A stretch of 64,000 nt of DNA, taken from assembly GCA_951406725.2 (NCBI GenBank), contig OX597818.1, forward strand, positions 13,082,001-13,146,000, given 5' to 3'. The DNA is from Octopus vulgaris. Lineage: Eukaryota. The notes below the pieces were generated by a model. It worked only from the letters and a program-made list of their open reading frames with translations, did no database searches and had not been told where the DNA came from. Each line of letters begins with the position of its first letter. Position 1 is the stretch's first letter. Positions 26,914 to 42,288 of this stretch are shown here, piece by piece. The position numbers and the translations under genes are program-made.

Positions 26914-27138
26914 AATATATATATGTGTGTGTGTGTGTCTGTGTTTGTCCCCCTAGCATTGCTAGACAACCGATGCTGGTGTGTTTACGTCCCCGTCACT
27001 TAGCGGTTCGGCAAAAGAGACCGATAGAATAAGTACTGGGCTTACAAAGATTAAGTCCCGGGGTCGATTTGCTCGACTAAAGGCGGTGCTCCAGCATGGC
27101 CGCAGTCAAATGACTGAAACAAGTAAAAGAGTAAGAGT
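26692..27138 (+). mobile_element. tRNA-derived SINE family A, full length (resembles octopus OK/OR-type SINEs)
   Basis: A-box TGGCTGTGTGG, B-box-like GGTTCAGTC, internal (TA)n/(TG)n, AAAAGAGTAA tail; about ten copies in the window. Confidence 0.85.
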
Positions 27139-27406
27139 ATATATATATATATTGTTTATTCAAAGCAATGATTAGGTTATGACGAAACCATGGTATGCTT
27201 TGCTTTCTGACTTTTTAATCATCACATAATAATGACTTTTATGACGTTTATTACTACCTCAGTCCATCTAAATGTATATATCTGCCGTTACCTTACATAA
27301 AAAGGCTTTTCTTTTTTTTATTTACAATGTGCATTTTCGTTGATTTTTCTTATTTTCCCCTTACATTTCCACGTGTATTTTATATTTTCCTTTTGTAACA
27401 AATTTC

Positions 27407-27473
<67 letters not shown>

Positions 27474-27509
27474 TACATACATGCATACATTCATGTAACA
27501 TATTTCTAC

Positions 27510-27563
<54 letters not shown>

Positions 27564-28459
27564 CATACATGCATACATACATACATACATACATACAAAT
27601 ATACATACATACATACATTTGTGTGTGTTTGATGTGTATAAATATATATATATTTCAAATTTTTACACATACATACAGACATCACTCATATGTATATATC
27701 TGCACCATACTGTTGCCCATACAATCTGGCATAGCTTCCCAGTATTGAACTTCGTGTATCAAGTCAGCGAATAATCATTTACAAGCTAAAATTACCTACA
27801 AGAAATAACAGCCGAGTCTGTCTCAAAACTCATATTGCAGTTTTTATTAGATAGAATGACAACATATTAACGAATATGTTTAAGGTTGAAATTCATTCAA
27901 TTACATCTATTATCTAAAGGGTAAGAATAACTACTTTTTGATATTTGATAACGCTGTATTTAAAGATGTGGAAACAGTTTTCGGATTACAACTCGATATT
28001 TTTGTCGAAGTTTTTTTCCACAGGATTCAATGATCGTACACTGCAGTGGTTGACTGAGATATGGGTTTACTTATAATCTCTGTAATTGGAGTAAATTAGT
28101 TATAGTTAAGATATTAAACACGAAAGATACGTACGAGAGCGAGCTGAAATGCTCATTGACTAACTATGAAATAGTGAAGTTCGAGCTTTGAAATCTTCCA
28201 TGTATAAATAGTCACTATTCTTATTAATAAATGCATTGCTTCTTCTCACGTAAAACGATATCTCACTGTTCAAAGATGTCGTCAAATGTAATTAGTAAAG
28301 ACTTCTCTTTAAAATTTTCTAAATTTGGCATCGTGCTATTATCATCGTGCTGTTACCTGCAGAAAATAGGTTTAGCCCTCAACAACATTCATGCTGACAT
28401 TTTTGATATATTAGATAATACTCGAACTGAATCACTTTAGTTATTGGGGATTCAATTTA

Positions 28460-28625
28460 GTTATTGGGCATTGTCTTTATCGATCATCTTCAAAAGTGCC
28501 ACATCATCAATGAAGAGTACTATGCCAACTTGCTAAGGCAGTTACGAAATACTGTCAAGATCAAACGCCCAGGAAGACTGACATTAGTAGCCTTGATTCA
28601 TCAGGACAATGCACCGGCATATGTC
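28460..28625 (+). mobile_element. Mariner transposase internal fragment
   Basis: GIVFIDHLQK..INEEYYANLLRQLR...KRPG....LIHQDNAPA. Confidence 0.8.
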
Positions 28626-29308
28626 CTTGCGGGATAATAATAATTTAATTTTAGATTTTATCATTCATAAATATAAACATGCTTTTAAACAAAACATACA
28701 CGGAGTCAAAAAGAAACACTACCTTTCGTCCGGCACTTTTTAACGCAGTTCTCTCTCTCCCTAGGGTGTTGCTTCTTATCATGGATTTTTGTATTTTTTT
28801 TCCTAAACTAGGGTATGGCTATTGATATTAAGCTTAAGGATTATATAATGTACTAGTATAATGAAGGAATTAAAGAAAACAGGACTTATATTAAATGTCA
28901 TCGATAATATCGAGTGGAAAGAGTGCGTGCTGCAGTTCCGAAATTACTACAATCGAGCCGTCCCTGGTTGGCTGAGAACCAGTATCGCAGTGATGGTGAT
29001 AGCGTACCTGCCGCTGATGATTTTTCGACGTGTATGTCTCGCAAGGCGTCTGGGTTGAAAAATAAACCCTAGTTGGTCACATTCCATGAGAATATCTTGT
29101 TCATGAGACTAACTTTTCAGCCGACTTTCGTATAAATGATGTCAACATGGCGACGCATTAATCACGTTTAGGTTAATATGTGGCTTTACCCGTTATCATA
29201 TATGCTCCGCGGCACTACCATTCACTTTGCAGCACATAGTTTCAGCTTCCGTCACATAACGCATCAGTTTGGCAAAATACATTTTATGTTTATTGTGTGT
29301 GAGCATGC

Positions 29309-29479
29309 ACATACATACATACATACCTACATTCATACATACATACATACATACATACATACATACATACATACATACATACATACATACATACATACAT
29401 ACATACATACATACAAGCAAACATACATACATACATATATACATACATACATATATACATACATACATACATACATACA

Positions 29480-29511
<32 letters not shown>

Positions 29512-29520
29512 CAATTCTCC

Positions 29521-29560
<40 letters not shown>
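29309..29560. repeat. (CATA)n and (TA)n microsatellites
   Basis: Seen directly. Confidence 0.95.
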
Positions 29561-29563
<3 letters not shown>

Positions 29564-29746
29564 GGAGTGGATGTGTGGTAAGTAACTTGCTTACCAACCA
29601 CATGGTTCCGGGTTCAGTTACACTGCGTGGCACCTTGGGCAAATGTCTTCTACTATAGCCTCGGGCAGACCAAAGCCTTGTGAGTGGATTTGGTAGACGG
29701 AAACTGAAATGAAGCTCGTCGTATATATATATATATATATATATAC

Positions 29747-29781
<35 letters not shown>

Positions 29782-30000
29782 TGTGTGTATGTTTTTTGTG
29801 TCTGTGCTCATCCCCCCTCCAATACCGCTTGACAACCGATGCTGGTGTGTTTATGTCCCTGTAACTTAGCGGTTCGGCAAAATACACCGATAGAATAAGC
29901 ACTAGGTTTACAAAGAATAAGTCCTGGGATCGATTTGCTCGACTAAAGGAGGTGCTCCAGCATGGCCACAGTCAACTGACTGAAACAAGTAAAAGAATAA
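29561..30000 (+). mobile_element. SINE family A
   Basis: Colinear with 26692-27138. Confidence 0.85.
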
Positions 30001-33000
30001 AAAAAATATATATTTATACACACAGACACACACATATATAAATATAAGTACAGATTTATAAATGTGCGTATGTGTATATGTATGTATATATACACGCACG
30101 CACACTACACATGCATACACACACACAAACACACTCACATTGAACAGGAGCACCTGAAATGAGGAGAATCCTTCAAATTTTACTAAGTATACATAGATAA
30201 TAAGAAACAAAAGGAATTATAAATGTATTTATATCTACCGCAAACCACACAGATAAAAGCCTTTAGCGCAAATTCCTTCCTAACATCCTCTTTTACGCAA
30301 TTAACTCTTTTCTCTGCCCATTACGTAGAAGTTTTCATGTGTTGGTGCATTCAGAGATTCACTGCTGGGCAATTAATAAGAAGTCATAGAAATTTTAAAG
30401 CTGTTTTCTTTCTTTCTATCAAAATATAAATTATGAATAGCATATGCTCAGTAGAAATTTAATATATCTTTAAGTATTTTGCGCATTGTATTATGGACAA
30501 TTGTCGAATAATACGCTCTAAGTTGTTTTTCACATACGTGTGTATTATTCCTGTTGATTGTTCGCGGTCAACATATGCTAAGAAAGGGAAGAAGAAACCT
30601 TGAGAAACGATTCCCCAAAGCTCAGTTTTTAGTACTTATTATTCCACGGCACTTAAGAACTTTGGTTATATTACTCCGCTTAATTGCATTGTATCTTTTC
30701 TGGAATATAAATTTGCTTATTTTATATCACTTATGTGATTTGTTCTTTCGTCCGTGATTGTGAAAACTATAGAACACTAAAGAAAACAAAACAAAACAGA
30801 AAACAAAACTGCGTACAGTAACCACGACTGTCTCTCACACAAAGGAAGTCTAAACAATACGTTTCAAACGATGCGTATACGTAGTATATTTAGATTCTAG
30901 TAAATGTATGAATATTGCAGTGCCTAATAAAAGGTGATGTACCTTAATTGTGTCACACCCTTACATAGCCAATAGAGCACGGAAAGCAATAGATTTATGT
31001 TTTATCCATATATTTAACAGTGTAACAATATACTAACTATCCCTAATGAATCTGTCAGTTGTTTCGTATTTGATCTCCAATGCATCCTGATAACTGGGGC
31101 CCACATGTCTGAACAAAGAAATGAGATCTAGGATATAAAACACAAGTAAGAAACATAGACGTAAATAAGTAGCTAAATGCTGTAAGCGCAGCATATTGAA
31201 GAGACAGAATAGTTGAACTTTCCTTTTTTATTTCTACAGGAAGGGGAGGACATTGATCATGGTAAATGTCTTCCAGGTCCTACATGACTTGTGAGAGAAA
31301 GGTGGAAATTTGATTCAAACCGGACACTGCAATCGAATAGTTATAAGCGAGATAATTTTGTAAATAAACGCAAGCTCCAGGTGTAATGTAAAAATGGGAG
31401 ACAAAGTTCACTGGTCAATATTCAGATCAATGTAATGATGCATATGATTTGGAATACCAAATATGTTTTAAGTCATATATAAGTATTTATAAGGTCTTAT
31501 AACGTAAACAAAAATGTGATTTATCTGAACTTGAGACTTGACACTGAATATATTATGAAAATAACGAATGTATGTAAATAAGTATATACATAAAAGCGCG
31601 CGCGCAAACAAGCAAACACACACACACACACAGATTCTGTGTGAATTGAAAAATAACTCTGTATTTCCACTTCTGGTATTTCGTTCAACAAAAATGTTAT
31701 ATTAAATAAAAACATTCTTTTTATCCGACCAAATCGGTTGCACTTTAACTCGCTACATTCCCAAATGATAGTTGATCAACTATATATCTCCATAATAATT
31801 CAAAGTGAATCTAGTTCATTTTTTATTACATTGTTTAATATCATTCGAACAAAACATCTAATTCCCAGCAGGTTACTATAGAATTCATTTGGAAAAAAAG
31901 CACACAAACACCATTGCATATATTAACATGAAGGCAATACTATGATTCCCGCAAGGAATCGATGGGCATAAGTCTGGAAAGATATCTTTGAGCGATTAAT
32001 TTGTAAAAAATAAACTCGAAAATAATCAAACGTCATGTGACATCATATATTTTAATGTCTGACAAAAGAGTTCTATATATTGTGTAATGTTGACGGACTA
32101 TTGAATCAAGATTTAGTTTGTCCTGTACGATTTCGAATAACCCACTGTATTAAAGAAGGATATTCTGACTCATCCCTACATCAGTTATATCATACGGTTA
32201 ACGTTTTAATCTACATATTTTCCATCAGTTGACGTTTGCAAAATCACACAAAGTAGCGCAGAAAGAGGTTAGAAAGTGGTCTCTTCCTCATATTCACTGG
32301 ATGAATCCCGATAGTAATACGTATGTCATGTATAATGACTTTGATATCAATTACCAGACTTGCGTTCGCCTTTCTATATTTAAATAACTTGTACTGATTT
32401 AAGCAACTATACTTGACGTTCCAAATAGTAAGGGCTTGTGTTAAACATAAAGCTCAATACTCATAATGAACTTAGATAATTACTCAGAATGAAATTAGAT
32501 AAAGCAACCTGAAAAAACTATCTGTAATATTTCGATATAGAAATCTACATTCCAGTATCAATATTTAGTGGCAGCACCATATTACTAACGCAGGTATTCT
32601 CTGTCGTACTCAACTCTTCAGAATCCATACGATTCTAATACAGTCACAGCTATGTTGGGCATATCACATAATTTGCATACCAACCACACATCCCAGGTAA
32701 AGTGATGTATCATGAAATTGTACTCAGTAAACGCTCTCGAGGGGGCAAGAACATCACGACGATGACACGCAGAAAGTTTTAGTAGAGGTTATCAATATCA
32801 GTGACACGCTTCACTTAATGCTTAAAATTCTGTATGGCCTTTGGGCTAACGTCAAGTTCAGGTAAAAGTGTTGTTTGACTACATGTCATATAAGATTCAT
32901 GAGGTTTAAGCACTAAGCGCTGCATGTCGCTTATTGAATAGGTTATCAAGGCACAGTCTTCTGCATAAATAAATCACTTATTAGAAAGGTAAACACCTTT

Positions 33001-33687
33001 GTTTTTACTAACAACCAAATCATATTTGGAACGGGAGCTATTCTCCTTTCATATCACTGGTTTAGACTCGGGAGCTGCTACGCCGAATTAAAGCAAAACA
33101 TATCAACAATGGCAACAACGCCAACAAAGGAAACAACAACAACAACAACAATATATTTCATATTTTAGGTAAAGTGAATATTTAGAGACAAATACAGACA
33201 GAGATAGGTGAATGTTAAAGATGAGAATATCATTTTTATGGAAATAACAGTGCTTATGAAAGCCATAAAAGATGAGCGGATAATGAAAAATAGGAGATAA
33301 AATTATTTCTATAGACTAGAAATGAATAGTGATACGCGCAATGCTCTTGCTTGAGAGGGTAAGACGAACAAAAGGAGATGGTTAAGTAGCAACGAATATT
33401 TCAAAAGTAAAAAGACAATCGAATAGAAAGGCGAACGCGATTAAGACCGACATATTGACTAGAAAAGAAGTTTCTCCTTATAAGTGGTGAATGATGTAGG
33501 TGGGAATTAGTTCTCGATGGGCAGTGTGGTGTAGTCTGTCGCTGATGCAAATTCAAATAGAAATACGAAGCAGGAATACGAGAGGTGGTAGTGGAGAGAA
33601 ATATTAAAATACACTAATGATAATGATAACGACAACGATCGTGATGAATTGATTGTCATGTTGATGCTGAAGTTGCTGTTGGTGCTT

Positions 33688-33981
<294 letters not shown>

Positions 33982-34439
33982 CGAAGAAGAATTAGGAGAG
34001 AAGGAAAAATACAAAAATGAGAAAGATAAGAAAAGACGGGAAATGAAAAAAGGAAGAAGTTCAAAAGGAAGCGGAGAAAGAAAATAGAAATACCAACGGT
34101 ACATGAAGTAAATAAGTTTAAATAACAAGATGTTTAACGAAAATTAAGATATGGAAAAGAGTAACTTAAGGTTAATAAAAATCTAGGGGCATAATATGAA
34201 TATCTGAAGAAAATATAATAAATGCAACATATTGTTTGAATGTTTGTGAGATAGCATTGAAAATAATTATCTCAAAGTGTTGGAGGCTAAGAGAGGGACA
34301 ACCAATGAAATGTCTTGAGAAATGATATGGAAATGATAAATTGGAAGTGTGAGGGCAATAATAAGATGATGTTACACAAAAGAATAATTGTTAAAAAGAA
34401 AGTTCTAGAAAATTATTTTGGAGCCAAAAAATTGTTTAG

Positions 34440-34515
<76 letters not shown>

Positions 34516-34576
34516 TAATAATAATAATGATGATAATCATAATGATGATGATCATAATGATGATGATGATAATAAC

Positions 34577-34637
<61 letters not shown>

Positions 34638-34638
<1 letters not shown>

Positions 34639-35100
34639 GATGGGCTACAGCAAATATTCTGCTCAATACCACAGATTTGCTTGTCAGTTGTTTGACCGTA
34701 ACCAGTTGAGCATGTCCCTTAGTGGCTGACGATATGTGCATCTCTGATCACGAGCAGAAGTAGTGGGGGAGCATCATAGCCATGTGTTGAGAGGGATTCT
34801 TTGGGGTTTGAATAACTCACCTCTGGAAACATGGGTGGTTCTTTCAACATCCTTAAGCAACCCTTATTCAGGGACCTTTTGAGCGGGATGGGCTACTCAA
34901 CCTGAAGAAAATTCTAACTGGGCCCCACCTGCAAGGTCATGTGCTGTTTATCTTGATATGAGATCACCATGTCGCGCACATATGGTTGTGATGCATGTGC
35001 CTGGTGTACCCTTATCAGACGGGTAGTCATGATGGGTATATTGGGCTTCGTATATTTTACCCCAGTGTCACTTTGATGGCATGCACTGCTCTCTCACTCA
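34638..35100 (+). mobile_element. Family T repeat, 5'-truncated, inside (AAT)n
   Basis: Near-identical to 55950-56412; similar compound AAT/GAT tracts on both flanks. Confidence 0.85.
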
Positions 35101-35171
35101 ATAATAATAATAATAATAATAACAATAATAATAATAATGATGATGATCATAATGATGATGATGATAATAAC

Positions 35172-35226
<55 letters not shown>

Positions 35227-35720
35227 TACTTAAGTAACAAGAAAATGGATTTGATAATAATCTTATTTTGTACAACGTTCGTTTCAACCCATCCTGTTAC
35301 TGTCCCTTGTGGGTGAAACTCCTTCCAACATGTCGTGTTGCATCAATTTTGCAGTCTTAGCCTCATCAGGTACATCTATACCTAAAAGGTATCTTATTTC
35401 AATAATTGTCGATGAAAATAAAAGTTCGAAGGGGAACTTAATGGTTAGATAATGAGGGACTGAGTTACATTCGGTTTAATACAGAAGAATGGCATTAGAA
35501 GGAAGGGAGAGATATATATGCGACCTGTAATATCTAGTGGACAAAAAATTGTTTAGCTAGGTAGCTTAGATAAGGATGCGTGTACACACATACAGCCACA
35601 CATACTTTCGCTCGTATATGCAAACATCTGATCGATTGCGGCCGTAATTGGTATGATTTATGGTTGGGAGATAACCTCATGGGTAGAGTGTTATCACGCT
35701 CGCGTCAAGACTGAAGTGGT

Positions 35721-35923
35721 ACGCCGGCAGTCTGACCCGCTCAATAACTATATCACCGCAGGTGACTCACACACCACCTACTCCCATTACGCCGGCAGTC
35801 TGACCCGCTCAACAACTATATCACTGTGGATGAGTCACACACCACCTACTCCCATTACGCCGGCAGTCTGACCCCCTCAACAACTATATCACCGCGGGTG
35901 AATCACACACCACCTACGCCCAT
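35721..35923. repeat. Tandem repeat, 3 x 68 bp
   Basis: ACGCCGGCAGTCTGACCC... starts at 35721, 35789 and 35857. Confidence 0.9.
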
Positions 35924-35944
35924 ATATATATTTATATATATATA

Positions 35945-35982
<38 letters not shown>

Positions 35983-36404
35983 CATAAATATACACACATA
36001 CATATATACTTGCATACATGCACTCACACATACATATACATACACTCTGGCTTCGACGGGCTACCATACAACAATCCAATACGCGGGTTATAGTAGTAGT
36101 AATATTAACGATAGTATTTACCCATGTAGCTCAGCAACTTGTAGTTAGAGTAATTATTGTCATAACACACACTGCTCCGGGAAAAACCCCACCAAACAAG
36201 ACACAAACCACACTCACAACGTTCAAAACCGGTATAGAAATACCCAAATCACATAAGTAAGACAAATCACAAATAGATGCATGAGAGCCAACAATGATAT
36301 AGAGAAAAATAGCAACGGACAACACACAATCACAATTAAACAAGGACACCACAAAATCGCAACGTCACACACACACCCGAGCATATAGAAGATACAAGAA
36401 GCAT

Positions 36405-36580
36405 GAGGTCCTCAGGTACAACGCGGTCTGGGGCTCGAACATGTCATCTAGAATCGGGAGACAGTTTTTCGCTACCGTCGATCGTTGCTTCCCTAAAACC
36501 AGCACACTCAGCCAGCTATTCAACCGGCATACTATGAAAATGCATGCGAATTCATCGAATATGAAACACAACATTCATAA
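36405..36580 (+). pseudogene. PLE RT-to-endonuclease linker remnant
   Basis: RIGRQFFATVDRCFPKTSTLSQLFNRHTMKM resembles the PLE motif NIG..FL.L.D..FP....L..IFNR.T.K. Confidence 0.6.
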
Positions 36581-37119
36581 AAGGGCGGATTATTAATAGA
36601 TTTGTTTCAACGACTGCCCAGATGCAAAGATACAGCGAAACAGCTGTTCACAAAACTCAACGCGAACCACACGAAACCGATACAACCTATAACTCCGACA
36701 ACTCGGATTAACACCCAACGCCGAGTGAAAACTTCACGAACTTCAACATACAAGCGTATGCCATCCAAGGCCCAGATGAGAACATAACATATTTTTAGGC
36801 ATGCTCACAAGAACACTTTCACAACGTAACAGTGCAATAGTAAGTAACTAGAATATAGACTTTTCAAAATCTTAGAAGACTGATTTACTAAAGAGAAGAA
36901 AATATGTGGTTCAGACACATGCAAACTTAAAGGTACTTAAGCAAAGCCTCTAAACTAACATTACAGATGAACTACCTAAACAGGCATAATATGCCCCCTA
37001 TACCCTTCTACCTTGTGTGCAGATACTGATGTTCACGTATGTTCAGATACGTAACCTTCTATTGCAGTTTATATAATAATCCTTTTTCTAGTATAGGCTC
37101 AAGGCATAAACTTTTGAGT

Positions 37120-37290
37120 AGGGGACTAGTCGATTATATCGACCCCAGTGTTTCACTGGTAGTTAATCTATCGACTCCGAAAGGATAAAAGTCAAAGAAG
37201 TCGACCTCAACAAAATCGAACACAGAACGTAAAGGCGGACAGAATACCAATAAGCATTTCGACCGGCGTGCAAACGATTCTGCCAGCTGA
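37120..37290 (-). mobile_element. SINE family B fragment
   Basis: Reverse complement of the ~38550-38710 motif. Confidence 0.65.
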
Positions 37291-37550
37291 CAGATTCATT
37301 GGAGTTATATAATGATAATATTGATAGTTACTAACAAATAGTTACTGCTTGAAATACTAACAAGGTTTTAGTAATCCATAGCTCTGATCGGGATGCCAGG
37401 TGTATTTATGTGTGTGCGAGTGTAGTTATACTTATACATGTGCACCTGCGAGTGTGGATAGGCCGGGGTGGGCTATGTATGCGTATGTATGCACGCGCAT
37501 GTATGTGCATGTATCTGGATCGCACACGGAAGTGTGCATGTATATCTGTG

Positions 37551-37606
<56 letters not shown>

Positions 37607-37719
37607 TATATATATATATATATATGCGCTTGTAAATGTATGTATAAAGAGGGTGTGCATGTGTATCCGTGTGTATATGTATCTATATATTTATATATAT
37701 ATTCGTGTATATATAAGCG

Positions 37720-37758
<39 letters not shown>

Positions 37759-38537
37759 TTTATGTGTGCGTATATGTATATATACATGCATGTATATGCA
37801 TGTATATATACACCAGTGCGTGAGTGTGTGTCTGTGTATCTGTGTGTGTGTGCGTGCATGAGAATGTTTTATGTATAAAAAAAGCTTGAACATTCCTCTT
37901 CAAGTATATTGGAAAAAGTTTTATATTGATGAACATTGGAGCTAGAGAAATACGATTTTTTTCATAATACTTCTATTTCAAAAATCATAGTATTTATGTT
38001 TCGTTGGAGAATATTTCTCAGGCATAAAGGAAGATAATTGCACATCGAAGATCATGTGAGTATATTGCGCTTTTAATTTCTTTGGATAGTACAGTTATGC
38101 TGTCTTGTTTTGTTTTCTTTTTGCATTCAAGCTGCTACTACTTAATGTATGTTTATAGTAGACAGCGTGGTTTTTATACCTCTGCTCGTTGCACAAATGC
38201 CAGTAAATTGTAAGACATATATTACAAAGAACGGCTTTTTAACTTTGTGCACTCCCGCTCTTAGACAATGTACTCCTGCACCACTAAACATCTTTCCCAT
38301 GTTTCCCTCTCTCGTCCCTCTATTCCCATAGCGCTTTACAACTGTCCTGGCTCATATCTTACTGAGCCTTTGTACTCGACGCGACGGACATCTCAAATGA
38401 GTCTTCGCTATATTTACTTCTACAATTTCTTCACTTGTTTTCGTGACTCACCTTCATTTATTCTACACTACGCAACTGCTTGCGTCTGTGTTTCAATCGC
38501 TCACAACAGATTTTATCTCTCAATATTAATAGCCATT

Positions 38538-38955
38538 AGGGCGGCGAGGTGGCAGAATCGTTAGCACGCCGGGCGAAGTGCTTAGCAGTATTTCGTCTGC
38601 CGCCATGTTCTGATTTAAAATATTCCGCTGAGGTCGACTTTGCCTTTCATCCTTTCGGGGTCGATAAATTAAGTACCACTTACGCACTGGGGTCGATGTA
38701 ATCGACTTAATCCGTTTGTTTGTCCTTCTTTGTCCCCTCTGTGTTTAGTCCCTTGTAGGTAGTAAAGAAATAGGTATTTCGCCTGCCATTACGTTCTGAG
38801 TTCAAATTCCGACGAGGTTGACATTGCTTTTAACCTTTCATGGTCAAATAAATATGTACCAGTTACGCACTGGGGTCGATGTAATCGACTTAATCCCTTT
38901 GGCTGTCCTTGCTTGTCTCCTCTATATTTAGGCCCCTGTGGGCAATAAAGAAATA
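38538..38955 (+). mobile_element. SINE family B with duplicated 3' part
   Basis: A-box TGGCAGAATCG; ~38588-38771 repeats at ~38773-38955. Confidence 0.8.
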
Positions 38956-39853
38956 AATATTATTTGCCAATTCGCTTGTCAACATTTTATCTAGTTTCAT
39001 TACCTACTTTTATTGCTTACTTCGCATCTCTCTTTTTCCTTTATTCCCTTAACTGAAGTATTTTTTATTACTAACATTACCTCCACAACTCAACTGTTCC
39101 TCACTCTCACCTTTTCTCTCTATGTAATCCAACATCTCTCAAATTCTATGTTAATTCGCACGCTTATAATATTCTTGGGTATTAACACATACTATAACTG
39201 TTTCTCATCTGTTATAGTTTATCCGAATCATGTGTAACATACCACTAGATTACATGATTTCTATACTCAAGATAACTACTGCAGTTTATTTGCCCTATTT
39301 TCTTGCATAACCACTAGGTAAGCATCGTTCTTAGAGCCTACATCCAGCACCAGATCAACATGCAATGCATGAAGGATTTGGGATTTTAAATTCTGGGTAT
39401 GTTGGAGTACAACTTGCTGATTATAACACAATTGGTAGCGTTCTTCACGCCTATTCAGTCTCTCACTATTTGTGCGAGTATATATATATATAATTTTTAA
39501 CTCCTTTATTCCTTTACTTGCTTCGACACTAGGGCTTATATTTTAAGTCTAATACTTATTCTATCGGTCACTTTCGTGAACCGCAAAGTTACGGGGAGGT
39601 AAATATAACAACACCGATTGTGAAGTGGTGGAGAGGCATACACAGGAACACACACTCTCTCTCTCTCACGCACACTCACACACACATATATAATATATAT
39701 ATATTTCTTTACTGCCCACAAGGGGCTAAACACAGAGGGGACAAACAAGGTCAGACAAACGGATTAAGGTCATAAGGTGCTTCGCATTTTTTTAATCTTC
39801 CAGTGTCATACACTTGGTTGTACATATGTGTTTGTGTGTGTATGTACGCGTGC

Positions 39854-39892
<39 letters not shown>

Positions 39893-40082
39893 CATATACT
39901 TGGATATATCTATAAGGGCCTTTGTAATATGTATGCATTCACACACACATACACACACAGAATCACAAATATAGGGCATTAAGTTATAATTGTTAAATAA
40001 TGCCCAAACTGTTAATTGCATGTTGCACATAACACAAATGTAGTTTATTAATTCTTTGTATCAATCTCCTCTTTGACTCTTT

Positions 40083-40455
40083 TACACTTTTATTTGTTTC
40101 AGTTATTTGACTTTAGCCAAGCTAGAGCACCAACTTTAATTTGAAGAAATCGATCTATGAACTTATTCTTTGTAAGACTGGTGCTTATTCTATCGGTCTC
40201 TTCTGCCGATCCGCTAAGTTACGGGGACGTAAAAACACCAACATCGTTTGTCAAGCGATAGTGGCGGCGGCGAGAAACACAGGCACAAGTACACATAAAT
40301 ATATACATTCTCCGTCTACTAAATCCACTCACAAGGCATTGGTCGTCCCGAGGTTATAATAGAAGACACTTGCCCAAGGTGCTACGCATCAGGACTGAAT
40401 CCGGGACCATGTGGTTGGGAAGCAAGCTTCTTACCACAGTATCACGCCCGCGCCT
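40083..40455 (-). mobile_element. SINE family A
   Basis: Reverse complement of the family consensus. Confidence 0.8.
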
Positions 40456-41579
40456 AATTATGTATTCTTTTACTTGTTTCAGTCATTTGACTGTGGTCAT
40501 GTAAATTAAATTAATATTTTACTTATGATTATATATAGACAGAATGCACTGGGGCGTTTATTTTCTAGTATTATATACAACTCAAGCGTATGAACTAGGT
40601 TTTATCAAAATGTTTGATACTGATATTTCTAGATGCTCAATATGATGATATGGCATAAGGGTAACTCTATTTGATTACAACTTGAGATCGCGACATGATT
40701 TGCGAGCGAAATTGACTGGGCGAAAGTTGCGCTAATGTCACTTGTTTCCACTATCGTTTGCTGTTAAACAGGACAACGGGTAAGATATATAATCAGTACC
40801 ACAGTCTAAAATTGCTTAATGGGTATTTTGTACTTTTCTGTTGCGACTAATTTGCAAACATCTCACGCATTTTCTCCGACAGACTTCCTTCCCCTACTAG
40901 CCAAAATGTTGTTGTTTGTCTTTCTTATACTAGTTAAAACATTCTCTCTATTCGAAGTTCGCTTAATATAATCTTTTCTACTTCAAGCACAGGTGGTGAA
41001 ATTTTGAGTATAAGGGCAAACCGACTGCATCGATCCCACTACGCGACTGGTACTTATTTTATCAAACTAGAAAGCATGAAAAGCAATGTCAACCTCGGCA
41101 GTATTTCAGCTCAGAACGTAAAGGGGGAAACACACCTAACTATCCGGCTCACTGCTATAGATTTACTTTACAATAAGTCACCAAACATCTTTTTTTTTTT
41201 ACTGTTACAATTTTTAGCGAAAAATTTAGACACCAACAATATATATATCAATGCTTATCATACTTAATACCTGCACAACTCCTCGGTAATACGAATTTCC
41301 TGAAAATTGAAGACGATAAAAGATTACTATTCACAAATATTACATTACTCACCTAATTGTTTTCTTTGGCAAAATAGCTGAAGATATTTCTTTATATTGC
41401 TTCACTTATGAGTCGTACTCTACAAGTCCTAGGTAAAAATATATAGAATGAAAACAAACAGGAATATTAGATGTCGTTGATTTTATAGGTTTAAACTTAT
41501 TTCATTCAAACATATATAATTGTAGTTCTTAAAATATTAATAATAATGATAATGATGATGATGATGATGATGATGATAA

Positions 41580-42285
41580 TAAGCAGCTGTAAGGCACCCA
41601 GATCCTTAACTTCTCGATAAAATAGGAAGACATAAAATTCTACCTGAGAAGTTTGGTGAAACGCTTGAATGGTTCACGGAAGGGAAAATTATCCTAACTC
41701 TCAAATCCACTGAAACGGTAAACCTACAAAATTACAAACTGATAACTCGTCTCCCTATAATTTACAACCCTTTACTGCAATAATATAGCAGAGTGTGAGC
41801 AAATATCTGTTTGCAGAAGAGAAGGGATGCTGCAAGGGCTCATACGATTCTAAAGATCACCTACTGATCAATAAAGCCATAACTGAAGACAGCCACAGAA
41901 AGAAGGGTCTAAGTATGGTCTGGATCGATTACCGAAATACTTTTGATAGTATTTCCCACAAATGGATCCTAGAAACACTAGCCATGAACAAGGTATCACC
42001 AATAACTATAAAATATATAAAACATCCCATGATTAAATGGCAGACAGTGTTACAGCTCACGGCAAGAGGGGGACTCATAAAAACTAATATCTTCCCTATT
42101 GGAAAGGGAATATTCCAGGGAGACACGCTCTGTCCACTACATTTCTGCTTGGTACTGACCCCTTTATCTGACAGGTAAAAGAGAATTGGATGTGGATACA
42201 GCTGTTACGGTAGAACAATCAGCCATCTTATATATGGATCACCTAAAACTGTACCCTACAAATGATAAACAGCTGGAAACATCAA
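41580..42285 (+). mobile_element. R4/Dong-like RT fragment
   Basis: KDHLLINK...LSMVWIDYRNTFDSISH...GIFQGDTLCPL...LYMDHLKLY. Confidence 0.85.
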
Positions 42286-42288
42286 TAT

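Noticed and set aside
35721-35923. Possible CRISPR-like array
   Set aside because: Units are wholly repeated with no unique spacers, there are no cas genes, and the context is eukaryotic
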